Below are positions 31,804 through 41,561 of a stretch of DNA of 64,000 nt, piece after piece. A program made the position numbers and the translations under genes. Below the pieces are notes generated by a model that did not search any database, was not told the DNA's origin, and saw only the letters and a list, made by a program, of their open reading frames with translations. This stretch comes from Candidatus Aminicenantes bacterium (GTDB lineage: Bacteria; Acidobacteriota; Aminicenantia; Aminicenantales; Saccharicenantaceae), in NCBI GenBank assembly GCA_963796835.1, contig CAWCND010000009.1:38859-102858 (forward strand). The letters are read 5' to 3'. Within the stretch, counting starts at the first letter, position 1, and each line of letters opens with the position of its first letter.

Positions 31804-33104
31804 ATACCCGCGCCCAGGCCGAAGAACACCTCCCGTTTGGAGGCCAGGGTGAAATCCTCCAGGCCCAGGATGAGATAGACGTTCTTCTGGGGAAAGAATC
31901 TCGCGAAGGCCCGGAAGATCGGGCTCGTCTCCCGGTTGAAATCCAGCCCTTCCACGCTCATGACCAGCCGGTCTTTGAAGGCGTAATAATCAAGGCCGGC
32001 GCCGAACTTGGACTCGATGATCCCCGCCCTGGGGGCGAAGCCGCCGAAACGCATCCCGGTCTGGAGGGAGTACGCGAGGCGGTCCTGCACCGGGTCTTCG
32101 ACGATTTGGCCGAGGACGAACGCCCGGTCTTTGTACCAGAGGCCCAGGTTGAAGAAGCCCTTGAAGGCGCGGCTGCGGGCAAGATACTCGCCCCGGACGT
32201 CGGCGTGCAACCGGAGGCTCGAAAGGGAATCCGAAACCTGCTGGACTCCCCGGACGGCGTCCCGGGTCTCGTTGTAGAGGCTCTCGTCGTTGACGAGCTT
32301 CCCGATCGATCCTTCGCCCTTCTGGATCTTGTCGAGCGACTTGTTCAGAAGGGTGACGGATTCCTCGATCTTGGAGAGGACCTCCTTGATCTTGGCCAGG
32401 TTGTCATGGACGCCGTCCCGGTTCTCCTCGAGGAGCCGCCGCAGGTCGGTCAGGGTGGCGTCGAAACTCTGCGATAGGTCCCTGACCCGCTCGTCCACGG
32501 TCTTGGCCGTGTTCGACGCCGCGGTGATGGTCTGGCCGACTTTGCCGCGGTTCTCCGCGATGAAGGTCTGGACCTCGGCCGTCAGCGTGGAGAGGTTCTT
32601 GAGTGTCTGGGCGAAGTTGTCCCGGGTCTCCTTGTTCGTCATCTCCCGGAGGTTCTTGGCGACCTGCTGGAGGTCGTTCCCGAGCGAGGTCAGCATGGGT
32701 GTCAACTGGTCCAGTCCTGACGTCGGCCCGGGGACGAGCTCGTCGCCCGGCCGGAGGTAATCGTCTTCCATGCTGGGCTGGACGTCGACGTATTTCTCGC
32801 CGAGGAGGCCCTGGACCGATTGGATGGCCTTGGAGCCGCGGGGGATCTTGTATTCGGGATAGATGCTCAGGACGACCTTGGACCGCCGGCCCTCGAGCTG
32901 GATATCCTTGACGTAGCCGATCCGGATCCCGGCCATCTTCACGGCGGCGGTCTTGTCCAGCCCCAGGGAGGATTCGTAGCGGATGAAGATGGGGTATCCC
33001 GGCCGCCGGAAAAGGTTCGACAGGTTCCCGACGACAAAGATGAAAGCGGCCAGGATCACCAGCGCCCCGGTGAAGAAGATGCCGATCTTTTTCTCTCTTC
33101 GCAT
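31800..33104 (-). CDS. mlaD: MCE family protein (MlaD/PqiB-like) with a long helical C-terminal region
   Basis: N-terminal TM anchor, MCE domain and coiled-coil extension. Downstream of mlaE-mlaF. Confidence 0.8.
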   Translation of the reverse strand: MRREKKIGIFFTGALVILAAFIFVVGNLSNLFRRPGYPIFIRYESSLGLDKTAAVKMAGIRIGYVKDIQLEGRRSKVVLSIYPEYKIPRGSKAIQSVQGLLGEKYVDVQPSMEDDYLRPGDELVPGPTSGLDQLTPMLTSLGNDLQQVAKNLREMTNKETRDNFAQTLKNLSTLTAEVQTFIAENRGKVGQTITAASNTAKTVDERVRDLSQSFDATLTDLRRLLEENRDGVHDNLAKIKEVLSKIEESVTLLNKSLDKIQKGEGSIGKLVNDESLYNETRDAVRGVQQVSDSLSSLRLHADVRGEYLARSRAFKGFFNLGLWYKDRAFVLGQIVEDPVQDRLAYSLQTGMRFGGFAPRAGIIESKFGAGLDYYAFKDRLVMSVEGLDFNRETSPIFRAFARFFPQKNVYLILGLEDFTLASKREVFFGLGAGI

Positions 33105-33119
33105 GGTTGGCCTCGTTTC

Positions 33120-33866
33120 TCACCAATCCGTGATCGGGCCGGCGGCCCGGCCGCGGATGAACTGTTGGACGACGGGATTCGAGGTCGCCTGGATCTCGGC
33201 CGGCGTCCCGATCTCGACGATGACCCCGTTGTAGAGCATGGCGATCCGGTCCGCCACCTTGTAGCAGCTGACCATGTCGTGGGTGATCACGACCGACGTC
33301 ACGCACAGGTCCCGTTTCATCTGGTTGATGAGGTCGTTGATGGAGTCTGCCCGGATGGGGTCGATGCCGGTGGACGGCTCGTCGTAGAGGATGATCCGCG
33401 GCCGGTAGGCGATGGCCCGGGCCAGCCCGACGCGCTTCTTCATGCCGCCCGAGAGCTCGTGGGGCATCAGGCTCTCGACGCCCCGGAGCCCGACCTTCCC
33501 CAGGCTCTCCGTGACGATGGCCTCGATCTCCTGCCGGGTGTGTTTCGTGTAGCGCCTCAGGCCGAAGGCCACGTTCTCCCCGACCGTCAGGGAGTCGAAG
33601 AGGGCGGCGCCCTGGAAAAGCATCCCGAACTTCCGGAGGACCGGCTGGAGGGCCTCGTCCCGGAGCCCGGTGATCTCGACGTCATCGATGTAGACCCGGC
33701 CCTGGTCCGGCTTGAGCATGCCGATGATGTGCTTGAGGAGGACGCTTTTCCCCGAGCCGCTCTGGCCGATGACGACCATGGTCTCGCCTTCGCCGATCTC
33801 CAGGTTGACCCCCTGGAGGACCTTCGTCGGCCCGAACGATTTGTGGAGGTCGACGATCCGGATCAT
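33120..33866 (-). CDS. mlaF: ABC transporter ATP-binding protein MlaF
   Basis: Walker A GQSGSGKS, signature LSGGMKKRVGLARA, Walker B ILYDEPSTGIDP. Confidence 0.9.
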   Translation of the reverse strand: MIRIVDLHKSFGPTKVLQGVNLEIGEGETMVVIGQSGSGKSVLLKHIIGMLKPDQGRVYIDDVEITGLRDEALQPVLRKFGMLFQGAALFDSLTVGENVAFGLRRYTKHTRQEIEAIVTESLGKVGLRGVESLMPHELSGGMKKRVGLARAIAYRPRIILYDEPSTGIDPIRADSINDLINQMKRDLCVTSVVITHDMVSCYKVADRIAMLYNGVIVEIGTPAEIQATSNPVVQQFIRGRAAGPITDW

Positions 33867-33873
33867 GGCCCCG

Positions 33874-34656
33874 TCACTTCGGCAGCGCCTTGCTGAGGAA
33901 GAAGTTCAGGATGAGGACACAGATGCTGGCGATGACGACGCTCCGCGTCGTGGCCCGCCCCACGCCCTCGGCGCCACCCTCGGCCTTCAGGCCCTGCCAG
34001 CAGCCGATGGTGGCGATGACGAAGCCGAAGGCCAGGGCCTTGACCAGGCCGACGCAGACGTCCCAGAAATTGAAGTAAAGAAGGGCGTTCCGGATGTAGA
34101 CGACGCGGTTGACGCCCATGCCGACGATATTGTAGAAAAAGCCGCAGAAGATGCCGATCATGTCCCCGTACAGGGTCAGGACCGGGACCATGATGACGGC
34201 CGCCAGGGTCCGGGGGACGACCAGGTAACGGCTGGGGCTGGCCCCCAGGCTGGCCAGGGCGTCGATCTGCTCCGTGATCTTCATCGTCCCGATCTCGGCC
34301 GCCATGGCGGACCCGACCCGGCCGGCCACCATCAGCGCGACGAGGAGGGGGATGAGCTCCTTGCACAGGCCGACGGAGATGATCGGGCCGCTGTAGACCT
34401 CTGTTCCGGGCCCGATGTACTTGTGGAAGCCGGAGTAGGTCTGGAGACCGAAGACCAGGCCTCCGAAGGCCGCCGTCACGGAGACGACGGCGAGGGAGTT
34501 GACGCCGACGCTCTCGAGCTGCTGGATGAAGATCCGCGCTTCGAAGGGGCGCCGGAACATGTCCCGGACCGTCCGGCCGATGAGGATAGCGACCTCGCCC
34601 ATCTGCTGCAAGAAGGGGGCCAAGATGGGGACGTGGGGTCTCTTGGTCACGGCCAT
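33874..34656 (-). CDS. mlaE: ABC transporter permease MlaE
   Basis: MlaE/Ttg2B family sequence with five TM helices and the conserved EQIDAL motif. Confidence 0.9.
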   Translation of the reverse strand: MAVTKRPHVPILAPFLQQMGEVAILIGRTVRDMFRRPFEARIFIQQLESVGVNSLAVVSVTAAFGGLVFGLQTYSGFHKYIGPGTEVYSGPIISVGLCKELIPLLVALMVAGRVGSAMAAEIGTMKITEQIDALASLGASPSRYLVVPRTLAAVIMVPVLTLYGDMIGIFCGFFYNIVGMGVNRVVYIRNALLYFNFWDVCVGLVKALAFGFVIATIGCWQGLKAEGGAEGVGRATTRSVVIASICVLILNFFLSKALPK

Positions 34657-34659
34657 GGG

Positions 34660-36019
34660 TCAGTATTCCGGCGTGTACCGCTCCATGTCGGCGAACCTGG
34701 CGTACTCCCGGATGAAGGCGAGCGGGAGGTTGCCGATGGGGCCGTTCCTCTGCTTGGCGATGTTGACCTCGGCGACGCCCTTGAGGCTTTCGTCGTCGGG
34801 GTGGTAGAACTCGGGCCGGTAGATGAAGATCACGACGTCGGCGTCCTGCTCGAGGGCCCCGGACTCGCGGAGGTCGGAGAGCTGGGGCTTGGGCTCGCGG
34901 CGCCCCTTCTCTGGCGCCCGGCTGAGCTGCGAGATGCCGACGACCGGGATCTGGATCTCCTTGGCCAGCTCTTTGAGCGAGCGGGAGATGAACGACATCT
35001 CCTGGTTGCGGTTCTCGAACCGGCCGCCGGTCCGCATGAGCTGGATGTAGTCGACGAAGACGATGTCCAGGCGCTGCTCCATCTTGAGGCGGCGGCACTT
35101 GGCCTTCATCTCCATGACCGTGAGGGCCGGCGACTCGTCGATGAAGATCCGGGCGTGGGACAGGGCCTCTCCGGCGAGCTTCAGCTTCTCGAACTCCCGG
35201 TCGCTGATGAACCCTGTCCGGGTCCTCTTGATGTCGAGCTGGGATTCGGCGCAGAGGAGCCGGATGACGATCTGCTCCTTGGCCATCTCCATGGAGAAGA
35301 AGCCGACGGCCTTGTCCGTCTTGAGCCCGACGTGGTGGGAGATGTTCAGGCCGAGCGCGGTCTTGCCCATGGAGGGCCGGGCGGCCAGGATGACGAGCTC
35401 GGACGGATGGAAGCCCGCCGTCAGGTTGTCGAGCTCGCGGAAGCCCGAGGGGACGCCGGTGATGGCCTCTTTGCGATCGACCATGGTCTGGATCATGTCC
35501 AGGGTCGGGCCCGGTCGAGATGGCTCATGGACTGGAAGCCGGGCTTGAGGCGCTGCTCGGCGACCTCGACGATGGCCGCCTGGGCCGCGTTGAGCAGCTC
35601 GTCGGCGTCCTCTTTCTGCTCGTAGCTGTCGGAGATGATCTTGGCCGAGGACACGATCAGGCGCCGGAGGAGGGCCTTCTCTTTGATGATCTGGGCGTAG
35701 TACTCGATGTTCAGGCTCTTGGGGACGCCGTCCATGAGGGAGGAGATGTAGGCCGCCCCGCCGACGTCCTCCAGCGATCCCGGCCCGCTGGACCTCTTCG
35801 GTCAGGGAGAGGAGGTCGACCGGCAGCCCCTTGTCCACGAGGGCGATGATCCGCTCGAGGATCTTCCGGTGGGCGTCCTTGTAGAAGTCGTCGGGCGAGA
35901 TGATGGACAGGACGACGTTCAGGTTCTCGTTGTGGACGAGGATCCCGCCCGAGGACCGTCCGTTCGGCCTCCAGGCTGTGGGGCGGCGTCTTTTTCAGGA
36001 ACATCAGGTCGAGTTCCAT
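34660..36019 (-). CDS. dnaB: Replicative DNA helicase DnaB (frameshifted in the N-terminal third)
   Basis: N-terminus PPHSLEAERTVLG (with RBS GGAGGT). C-terminal RecA-like domain with Walker A (ARPSMGKTALGLN) and SQLSRAPE. Three ORF fragments. Confidence 0.85.
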
Positions 36020-36074
36020 GGCCACCTCCGTTCTCTCAGGCGCTCGCCGGGGAGATCCGGCCTTCCCGCCGGCC

Positions 36075-36551
36075 TCAGCCTTTCTCTCCGGCCTTCGCCG
36101 GCCTCGCCGCTCCCCGGCCTCGTCCTTGACCACGACGACTTTCACTTCGGCCTTGTCCTCGTGGTAGATCTTGATCGGGACCGTGAAATTGCCGAGCCGC
36201 TTGATCGGCTCGTCCAGGACGATCTTCTTCTTGTCGATCTCGAACCCCAGCTTGTCCAGGGCGTCCTTGACGTCGGCGGCGCGACACGGACCCGAAGATG
36301 ACGTCCTTCTCGCCGGCCCGCCGGGGAAGGTCAGGGTGACCTGGTTGAGCTTCTCGATGACGCCCTGGAACGACTGGCGCTCCTGCTCGACCTTTTTCTT
36401 CAGGGCCAGGCGCTCGATCTCGATCATCTTGATGTTGCCGCCGTGACCGCGAGGGCCAGCTTCCTCGGGATGAGGTAGTTGCGTCCGAAGCCCGGGGCGA
36501 CGTTGACGATATCGCCCTTCCGCCCCAGCTTCTCCACGTCTTGTTTCAGAA
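36075..36551 (-). CDS. rplI: 50S ribosomal protein L9 (frameshifted)
   Basis: Hand translation of the N-terminus gives [36 protein letters not shown]. The C-terminal domain ([33 protein letters not shown]) lies in another frame. Confidence 0.75.
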
Positions 36552-36586
36552 TGACCTTCATGTTGCCTCCCGAATCCGGCCCCGCG

Positions 36587-36853
36587 TCAATCCTCGACGT
36601 AGGGGAGCAACGCCAGGAGGCGCGCCCGCTTGATCGCCAGGGAGAGCTTCCGCTGATGGAACGCGCACGTGCCGGTGATGCGCCGGGGGGAGATCTTGCC
36701 GCGGTCGGGGATGTATTTTTTCAGGATCTCCACGGCCTTGTAGTCGATACCCCGGACGTTCCGCTGGCAGAACCGGCAGAATTTCTTCTTCGGGGCGAAG
36801 TATTTGCGGTACGGTCCGCGGTCGCTTCTTTCGGGCCTGTCTTCTCTCGCCAT
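36587..36853 (-). CDS. rpsR: 30S ribosomal protein S18
   Basis: [23 protein letters not shown]...[32 protein letters not shown]. Confidence 0.95.
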   Translation of the reverse strand: MAREDRPERSDRGPYRKYFAPKKKFCRFCQRNVRGIDYKAVEILKKYIPDRGKISPRRITGTCAFHQRKLSLAIKRARLLALLPYVED

Positions 36854-36854
36854 C

Positions 36855-37265
36855 TCACTTCTCCTCTTGCCCCGCGGGCGTCACGGCCGCCGGGGCCGCA
36901 GCGGCGGCTTCGGGGCTGGCCTCGGGGGCGCGGGGAGCCTCCTCGGCGGGTCTTTTCCTCTTTTTGCGGGCCTGGTCCCGGAGGTCCTTCTTGACCGTCA
37001 GGAAGCGGATGACGGTGTCGGTCTGCTTGAATCGGCGCTCCATCTCGGTCGAGATATCCCCCGGGCCTTCGTAGGTGAGAAAGACGTACACACCTTCGTT
37101 GAATTTCTTGATGATGTACGCCAGCCTCCGCTTCCCCCAGATGTCCTGTTTGACCATCCGGCCCTTTTTCTGGGCGACGATCGCTGCCATCTGCTGGATG
37201 AACTGGGTTGTCTCTTCTTCGGAGAGGGCGGGGGAGAGGACGAACCCCGTTTCGTACTGTCTCAT
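36855..37265 (-). CDS. rpsF: 30S ribosomal protein S6
   Basis: [10 protein letters not shown]...[10 protein letters not shown]. Has an acidic/Ala-rich C-terminal tail. Confidence 0.9.
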   Translation of the reverse strand: MRQYETGFVLSPALSEEETTQFIQQMAAIVAQKKGRMVKQDIWGKRRLAYIIKKFNEGVYVFLTYEGPGDISTEMERRFKQTDTVIRFLTVKKDLRDQARKKRKRPAEEAPRAPEASPEAAAAAPAAVTPAGQEEK

Positions 37266-37328
37266 AGAGAGCTCCTTTTGGATGATATAGCTCCTTCTCT
37301 AAAGGAAGGAACAAGGAGTGCGGCTCCT

Positions 37329-37356
37329 ATTGTAAACGATCCCGCTGAAATGTCAA
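37329..37356 (-). promoter_or_regulatory. Sigma-70 promoter TTGACA-17-TACAAT for the rpsF-rpsR-rplI(-dnaB) operon
   Basis: The minus strand reads ttgacatttcagcgggatcgtttacaat, about 65 nt upstream of rpsF. Confidence 0.55.
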
Positions 37357-37423
37357 AACTTATTCCGTCTTCAGGCCGGACAAGAAGAGATCCCAGGCCC
37401 GGGCCGCGTCTTCCGCCGGGCCG

Positions 37424-37999
37424 CTAGGGCGCCGGATGGCGGCGGTTGAACCGGGCCATGGCCTTGTCCGTCCCGCCGGCCAGGATGAGGTCCAGGGCCG
37501 CCTCGGCCTCTTCGAGGCTTCTTTCGAGGAGCGGCCGCTCGTCCCGGCCGAAGGGCGAGAGGACGTAGGCCGCCGCGTCCCGGCCCTCCGGAAGGGGGCC
37601 GATCCCGATCCGGATCCGCGGGAACTCCCTGGTCCTGATCTCGTCCGCGATCGACTTCATGCCTTTGTGGGTCCCGGGGCTGCCCTTGGCCCGGACCCGA
37701 ATCTCGCCCAGGGGGATGTCGAGGTCGTCGTAGGCGACGACCAGCCGGCCGGGCGGGATCTCCCGGCCCGCCAGGATCTCGCGGACCGCGACGCCGCTCC
37801 TATTCATATAGGTCTGCGGCAGGGCGAGCAGGATATCCTCATCACCGCCCCGGACGACGGCCGTCCGGGCCTTGAAAGCGCGGCCCCGGAGCTCCACGCC
37901 GCGCGAGCGGGCCACCCGCCGGACGAGCAAAAAGCCGACGTTGTGGCGAGTGGCCGCGTATTCCTCGCCGGGATTTCCCAGCCCCACGACAAGCCACAA
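37424..37999 (-). CDS. pth: Peptidyl-tRNA hydrolase
   Basis: Begins LVVGLGNPG..Y..TRHNVGF. Catalytic His and Asp are present. Confidence 0.9.
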   Translation of the reverse strand: MWLVVGLGNPGEEYAATRHNVGFLLVRRVARSRGVELRGRAFKARTAVVRGGDEDILLALPQTYMNRSGVAVREILAGREIPPGRLVVAYDDLDIPLGEIRVRAKGSPGTHKGMKSIADEIRTREFPRIRIGIGPLPEGRDAAAYVLSPFGRDERPLLERSLEEAEAALDLILAGGTDKAMARFNRRHPAP

Positions 38000-38002
38000 G
38001 GC

Positions 38003-38698
38003 CTACTTCTCCTTCTTTTCCTTCTTCTTTTCCTCTTCCCCTTCCTCTTCCTTGGGGGCCCGCTCCTTCTTGATGACCTCGGGCTCCTGCCCTTCTTCGA
38101 CCACGGCCTCTTCGGGCTTCTCGCCGGGGAAGACCTCCTCCTCCTTGTGCGGCAGGGAGATCAGGACGAGGACGGTCGCGGGTTCGCTGATGACCCGGAC
38201 GCCGGCCGGGGTCCTCATGTTCTCCACCTTGAAGGACTGATGGATGTGAAGCTCGGAGATCTCGATCCCGATGCTCTCGGGGATCGCCCGGGGCAAGCAT
38301 TCGATCTCGACCTCGCGGGTGACGAAGTCGACGAAACCGCCCTCGGTCTTGACCCCGATGGGCTCGCCGCTGTGGAGGATGGGGACCGTGACCCGGATCG
38401 GCTTGTCCATGTTGATCCGGATGAGGTCCGCGTGGATGAGTTCATCCGTGGTGGGGTCGACCTGAAGCTCCTTGATCATGGCGTCGAGCTCCTCGGAATC
38501 GTAGGTCACTTTGAAGATGGTGTTCTCCCGCGACTCGAGCTTCATGATCTTGATGATGTCCTTCTTTTTCAGGACGAGAGGGACGCTCTCCATGCCCTCG
38601 CCGTAGAGGACGGCCGGGACAAAACCCTGCACTCTCAGGCGCCGGGCGGCGTTCTTGCCGAGGCCCTCTCGCTTTTCGCTCTTGACAACGATGCTCAT
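38003..38698 (-). CDS. rplY: 50S ribosomal protein L25 / general stress protein Ctc
   Basis: RREGLGKNAARRLRVQGFVPAVLYG, the L25 beta-barrel and a C-terminal acidic/lysine tail. Confidence 0.9.
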   Translation of the reverse strand: MSIVVKSEKREGLGKNAARRLRVQGFVPAVLYGEGMESVPLVLKKKDIIKIMKLESRENTIFKVTYDSEELDAMIKELQVDPTTDELIHADLIRINMDKPIRVTVPILHSGEPIGVKTEGGFVDFVTREVEIECLPRAIPESIGIEISELHIHQSFKVENMRTPAGVRVISEPATVLVLISLPHKEEEVFPGEKPEEAVVEEGQEPEVIKKERAPKEEEGEEEKKKEKKEK

Positions 38699-38708
38699 GT
38701 GTTCCTCC

Positions 38709-39638
38709 TCAGGCGAACAAGGAGCTGACCGAGCTCCCCTCGTTGATCCTCCGGATGGCTTCGCCGAACAGCTCGGCGACGGAAAGGACGGTGAATCTTC
38801 CGGAGGCGTTCGCTTTTTCCGTCAAAGGGATCGTGTTGGTCACGAAGACCTGTTCCAGCTTGGATTTCTCGATGCGGTCCAGGGCCGGCCCCGATAGGAC
38901 CGGGTGGGTGCAGGCGGCGAAGATCCTCTTGGCCCCCTTGCGGGTCAGGGCGCCGACGCTCAGGGTCAGCGTTCCGGCCGTGTCGACCATGTCGTCGAAG
39001 ATCACGACGTTCTGGTTCCGGACCTCGCCGATGACATGAAGGACTTGGGCCACGTTGGGAGAGGGCCGGCGTTTGTCGATAATGGCCAGCTTCGCGTCGA
39101 GCCTCTTGGCGAAGACCCGGGCCCGCCCCACGCCGCCGGCGTCCGGGGAGACGATGGTCAAGTCGTTCAGCTTCATCGTCCGGATGTGGTTCGCCAGCAC
39201 CGGGGCGGCCTGGAGGTTGTCGACGGGGACGGAGAAGAAGCCCTGGATCTGCGGCGAATGGAGGTCCATCGCCAGGACGCGGTTGGCTCCGGCCGTCTCG
39301 ATCAGGTCGGCGACGAGCCGAGCCGAGATCGGGACCCGGGGCCGGTCCTTCCAGTCCTGCCGGGCGTAGGCGAAATAAGGGATGACGGCCGTGATCCGGC
39401 CGGCCGAGGCCCGCTTGAAGGCGTCGATCATGACGAAGAGCTCCATGAGGTGGAAATTCGCGTCGGCACATCCGGACTGGATGACGAAAATGTCCTCGCC
39501 TCGAACGTTCTCCTCGATGTAAAAGTGGATCTCCCCGTCGCTGAACCGGTCGAGAACCGCCCGTCCGAGGTCGATCTGCAGGTACTTGACGATGTCCTTG
39601 GCCAGGGCCGTGTTTGAAGAGCCTGAAAATACTTTCAT
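38709..39638 (-). CDS. prs: Ribose-phosphate pyrophosphokinase
   Basis: MKVFSGSSN..LAKDI.., PRPP-binding loop DDMVDTAGT. Confidence 0.95.
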   Translation of the reverse strand: MKVFSGSSNTALAKDIVKYLQIDLGRAVLDRFSDGEIHFYIEENVRGEDIFVIQSGCADANFHLMELFVMIDAFKRASAGRITAVIPYFAYARQDWKDRPRVPISARLVADLIETAGANRVLAMDLHSPQIQGFFSVPVDNLQAAPVLANHIRTMKLNDLTIVSPDAGGVGRARVFAKRLDAKLAIIDKRRPSPNVAQVLHVIGEVRNQNVVIFDDMVDTAGTLTLSVGALTRKGAKRIFAACTHPVLSGPALDRIEKSKLEQVFVTNTIPLTEKANASGRFTVLSVAELFGEAIRRINEGSSVSSLFA

Positions 39639-39671
39639 CGTTCCTTCCTCGTTCTCCCTATATCACCAGAG

Positions 39672-39744
39672 CTGGGGCGGGAGGATTCGAACCTCCGAAT
39701 GACGGAGCCAAAGTCCGTTGCCTTACCGCTTGGCTACGCCCCAG
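39672..39744 (-). tRNA. tRNA-Gln (anticodon UUG)
   Basis: The minus-strand sequence TGGGGCGTAGCCAAGCGGTAAGGCAACGGACTTTGGCTCCGTCATTCGGAGGTTCGAATCCTCCCGCCCCAG folds as a cloverleaf and closely resembles E. coli tRNA-Gln. Anticodon loop CUUUGGC. Coordinates are +/-1. Confidence 0.85.
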
Positions 39745-40810
39745 CGCCGACTTGCGCCCAATAGCCCTCACGCGGCAGGGTTTCCACGAGGCGGGCCTCC
39801 GACTTGCCACGGAGCAGGTCGAGAGCCTTCCGGGCCTGGTTCCTGTCGGTGAAGAGCCCGAAAACCGCCGAGCCCGAGCCGGTCACCAAGGACAAGGCCG
39901 CGCCCTGGCCCCGGAAAAACCTCTTGAACACTTCAAGTTCGGGATATCGCCGGAAAATGACGAGTTCCAGGTCGTTTTCCAAAAGACCGAAATCTCCGGT
40001 ATCCAGAAAACGCATAATTTTACTGTCTTTGGCGGGTGAAGTCAACTCCTCGAGTCCCCGGCCTGAATGCCGGGGCTTGTTTGGGGTTACTAAGCCGGGC
40101 AGGATATAATTGTCTTCAGATTTCTCTATCGCCCGGCTAGTACTCGGGGAGCAGCAAGGATTATGTAATATATTTACTGCTCCCCGTAGTAACCCTGAGC
40201 CTCGCTTCTTGTCCCCGACTTGAAAGGCGGGGCTTAGCGTCGGCGAACGGGTCAAGGATGCCCCGAGGCCCGCATAGATCTCGGCGGTGTGGATCGGGTA
40301 CGGCGGGAAGGCGAGAACACAGGGGAGGGGCGGGAGATCGGGGAGCCGTTTCAGGACTTCGCCCCGGGACTCCCCGAGGCAGAGCCCGCCCTGGAGGAAA
40401 TAAGGGACATCGGACCCGAGGAGGAGCGCCAGCTCGGCCAGGGTTTCTGCCCCGAGCCCGAGGGACCACAGCTTGTTCAGGGCGAGAAGCGTGACCGCGG
40501 CGTTCGCGCTCCCGCCGCCGAGTCCCTTTCCGGGCGGGACGGTTTTGGCCACCCGGATGCGCACGCCGGCCGGGCTCCCGGTCCGCTCCCGGAGCAGACG
40601 GGCCGCCCGGAAAACGAGGTTCGTCGGATCCCAGGCCACCGAAGGCTCGTCGCCCTCGAGACGGATCGATCCGTCCGCGGCGGGCTCCAACTCGATCGTG
40701 TCGGCGAGAGCGACCGACTGGAAAAGGGTCCTGATGTCGTGGTAACCGTCGGGCCTCTTCCGGACGATCTCCAGGCCGAGGTTGATCTTGGCGAAGGACC
40801 TAACCTTCAT
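39734..40810 (-). CDS. ispE: 4-diphosphocytidyl-2-C-methyl-D-erythritol kinase IspE carrying an in-frame ~70 aa repeat-element insertion
   Basis: The GHMP kinase N-terminal domain (PPGKGLGGGSANAA) and C-terminal domain share one frame. A ~210 bp insert (40041..40255) encodes no stop codon. Confidence 0.85.
   Translation of the reverse strand: MKVRSFAKINLGLEIVRKRPDGYHDIRTLFQSVALADTIELEPAADGSIRLEGDEPSVAWDPTNLVFRAARLLRERTGSPAGVRIRVAKTVPPGKGLGGGSANAAVTLLALNKLWSLGLGAETLAELALLLGSDVPYFLQGGLCLGESRGEVLKRLPDLPPLPCVLAFPPYPIHTAEIYAGLGASLTRSPTLSPAFQVGDKKRGSGLLRGAVNILHNPCCSPSTSRAIEKSEDNYILPGLVTPNKPRHSGRGLEELTSPAKDSKIMRFLDTGDFGLLENDLELVIFRRYPELEVFKRFFRGQGAALSLVTGSGSAVFGLFTDRNQARKALDLLRGKSEARLVETLPREGYWAQVGAGA
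40041..40255. mobile_element. MITE-like hairpin-rich repeat element (copy A), in-frame within ispE; flanked by GTCAA on both sides
   Basis: Near-identical termini to copy B at 42091..42398. Four predicted stem-loops. Internal 8-9 bp inverted repeats GGTTACTA/TAGTAACC bracket a ~95 bp core. Confidence 0.7.
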
Positions 40811-41480
40811 TTCTCGCGATCTCCTGGATCTCCCCCCAGGATCTCCGGGCGAACGTCTTGAGGAAGGACGTGTCGAAGGCCTCAGGCCGCGGCGGCGGGT
40901 TGAACCCCAGGGAGAGGATTTTCATCCGGCCGGATGTCCCCGGTCGGGAGAAGAGGATCGTCCTGGGAACCCCCGCGCCCGGGAAGAATTCGGGGACCTC
41001 GAACGCCAGGCCGTCCTTTTCGCCCCGGACGACCCGGCCGCTTCCGTCCCGGGCCAGCGTCCAACCTCCTCCGGGCTCGGGCTGTCCCTGAGCCCCGCCC
41101 GCCGCCCACTCGCCCCCGAGGATCTCGACGATCTCGTCGGGCCGGAGGGAAAAGCCAAGGAACCGTCCGACCATCGCCTCGGGCCGGTCCTGGGCGTAGA
41201 CTTTCTTCTGGGGGACAACGAGATAGGCGTCGTCGCCCACGAAGATCATGTAATAGATCGTCCGCCCGAGGGGGTCGAAGGCATCGACCCGGCCCCAGCC
41301 GGGCTTGCGGAAGAGGAAGGCGAACTTCCCCTTGACGTCCGCCTCCACCCCCCGGACCGACGCCGAGCCGAAGCCCGCGACGGCCTCGACGCCCGTCGCC
41401 GGAGGGATCAGGACGGGGGCCCGCTTCGCGCACGAAGCCAGGACGAGAGCGGCGAGGAGGGCACCGGACGCGCGGCGCAT
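40800..41480 (-). CDS. lolB: LolB-like outer-membrane lipoprotein (lipobox LASC)
   Basis: Signal peptide plus lipobox (ALVLASCA). The lolB-ispE-prs gene order matches the conserved proteobacterial operon. Confidence 0.5.
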   Translation of the reverse strand: MRRASGALLAALVLASCAKRAPVLIPPATGVEAVAGFGSASVRGVEADVKGKFAFLFRKPGWGRVDAFDPLGRTIYYMIFVGDDAYLVVPQKKVYAQDRPEAMVGRFLGFSLRPDEIVEILGGEWAAGGAQGQPEPGGGWTLARDGSGRVVRGEKDGLAFEVPEFFPGAGVPRTILFSRPGTSGRMKILSLGFNPPPRPEAFDTSFLKTFARRSWGEIQEIARNEG

Positions 41481-41561
41481 GGCGTTGGGGCCGGCTTCTT
41501 GACGGTCTATCAAGGGCGTGCGCGGTTCGGGCGATGGGGGTTCATGGCGGGGCCGCGGCCT

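Noticed and set aside
36019-36110. Apparent in-frame fusion of ribosomal protein L9 to DnaB (no stop between rplI and dnaB in the 35711..36427 frame)
   Set aside because: The +2 frame gives a natural Ala/Glu/Lys-rich L9 tail ending at a TGA (36075). With the pervasive 1 nt indels, a frameshift artefact is far more likely than a real fusion.
39734-39744. Overlap of ispE 3' end with tRNA-Gln interpreted as a tRNA gene embedded in a CDS
   Set aside because: The overlap is only ~10 nt and within the +/-1 coordinate uncertainty. Given the indel errors, the true ispE stop may lie slightly upstream. Treated as tight adjacency, not embedding.
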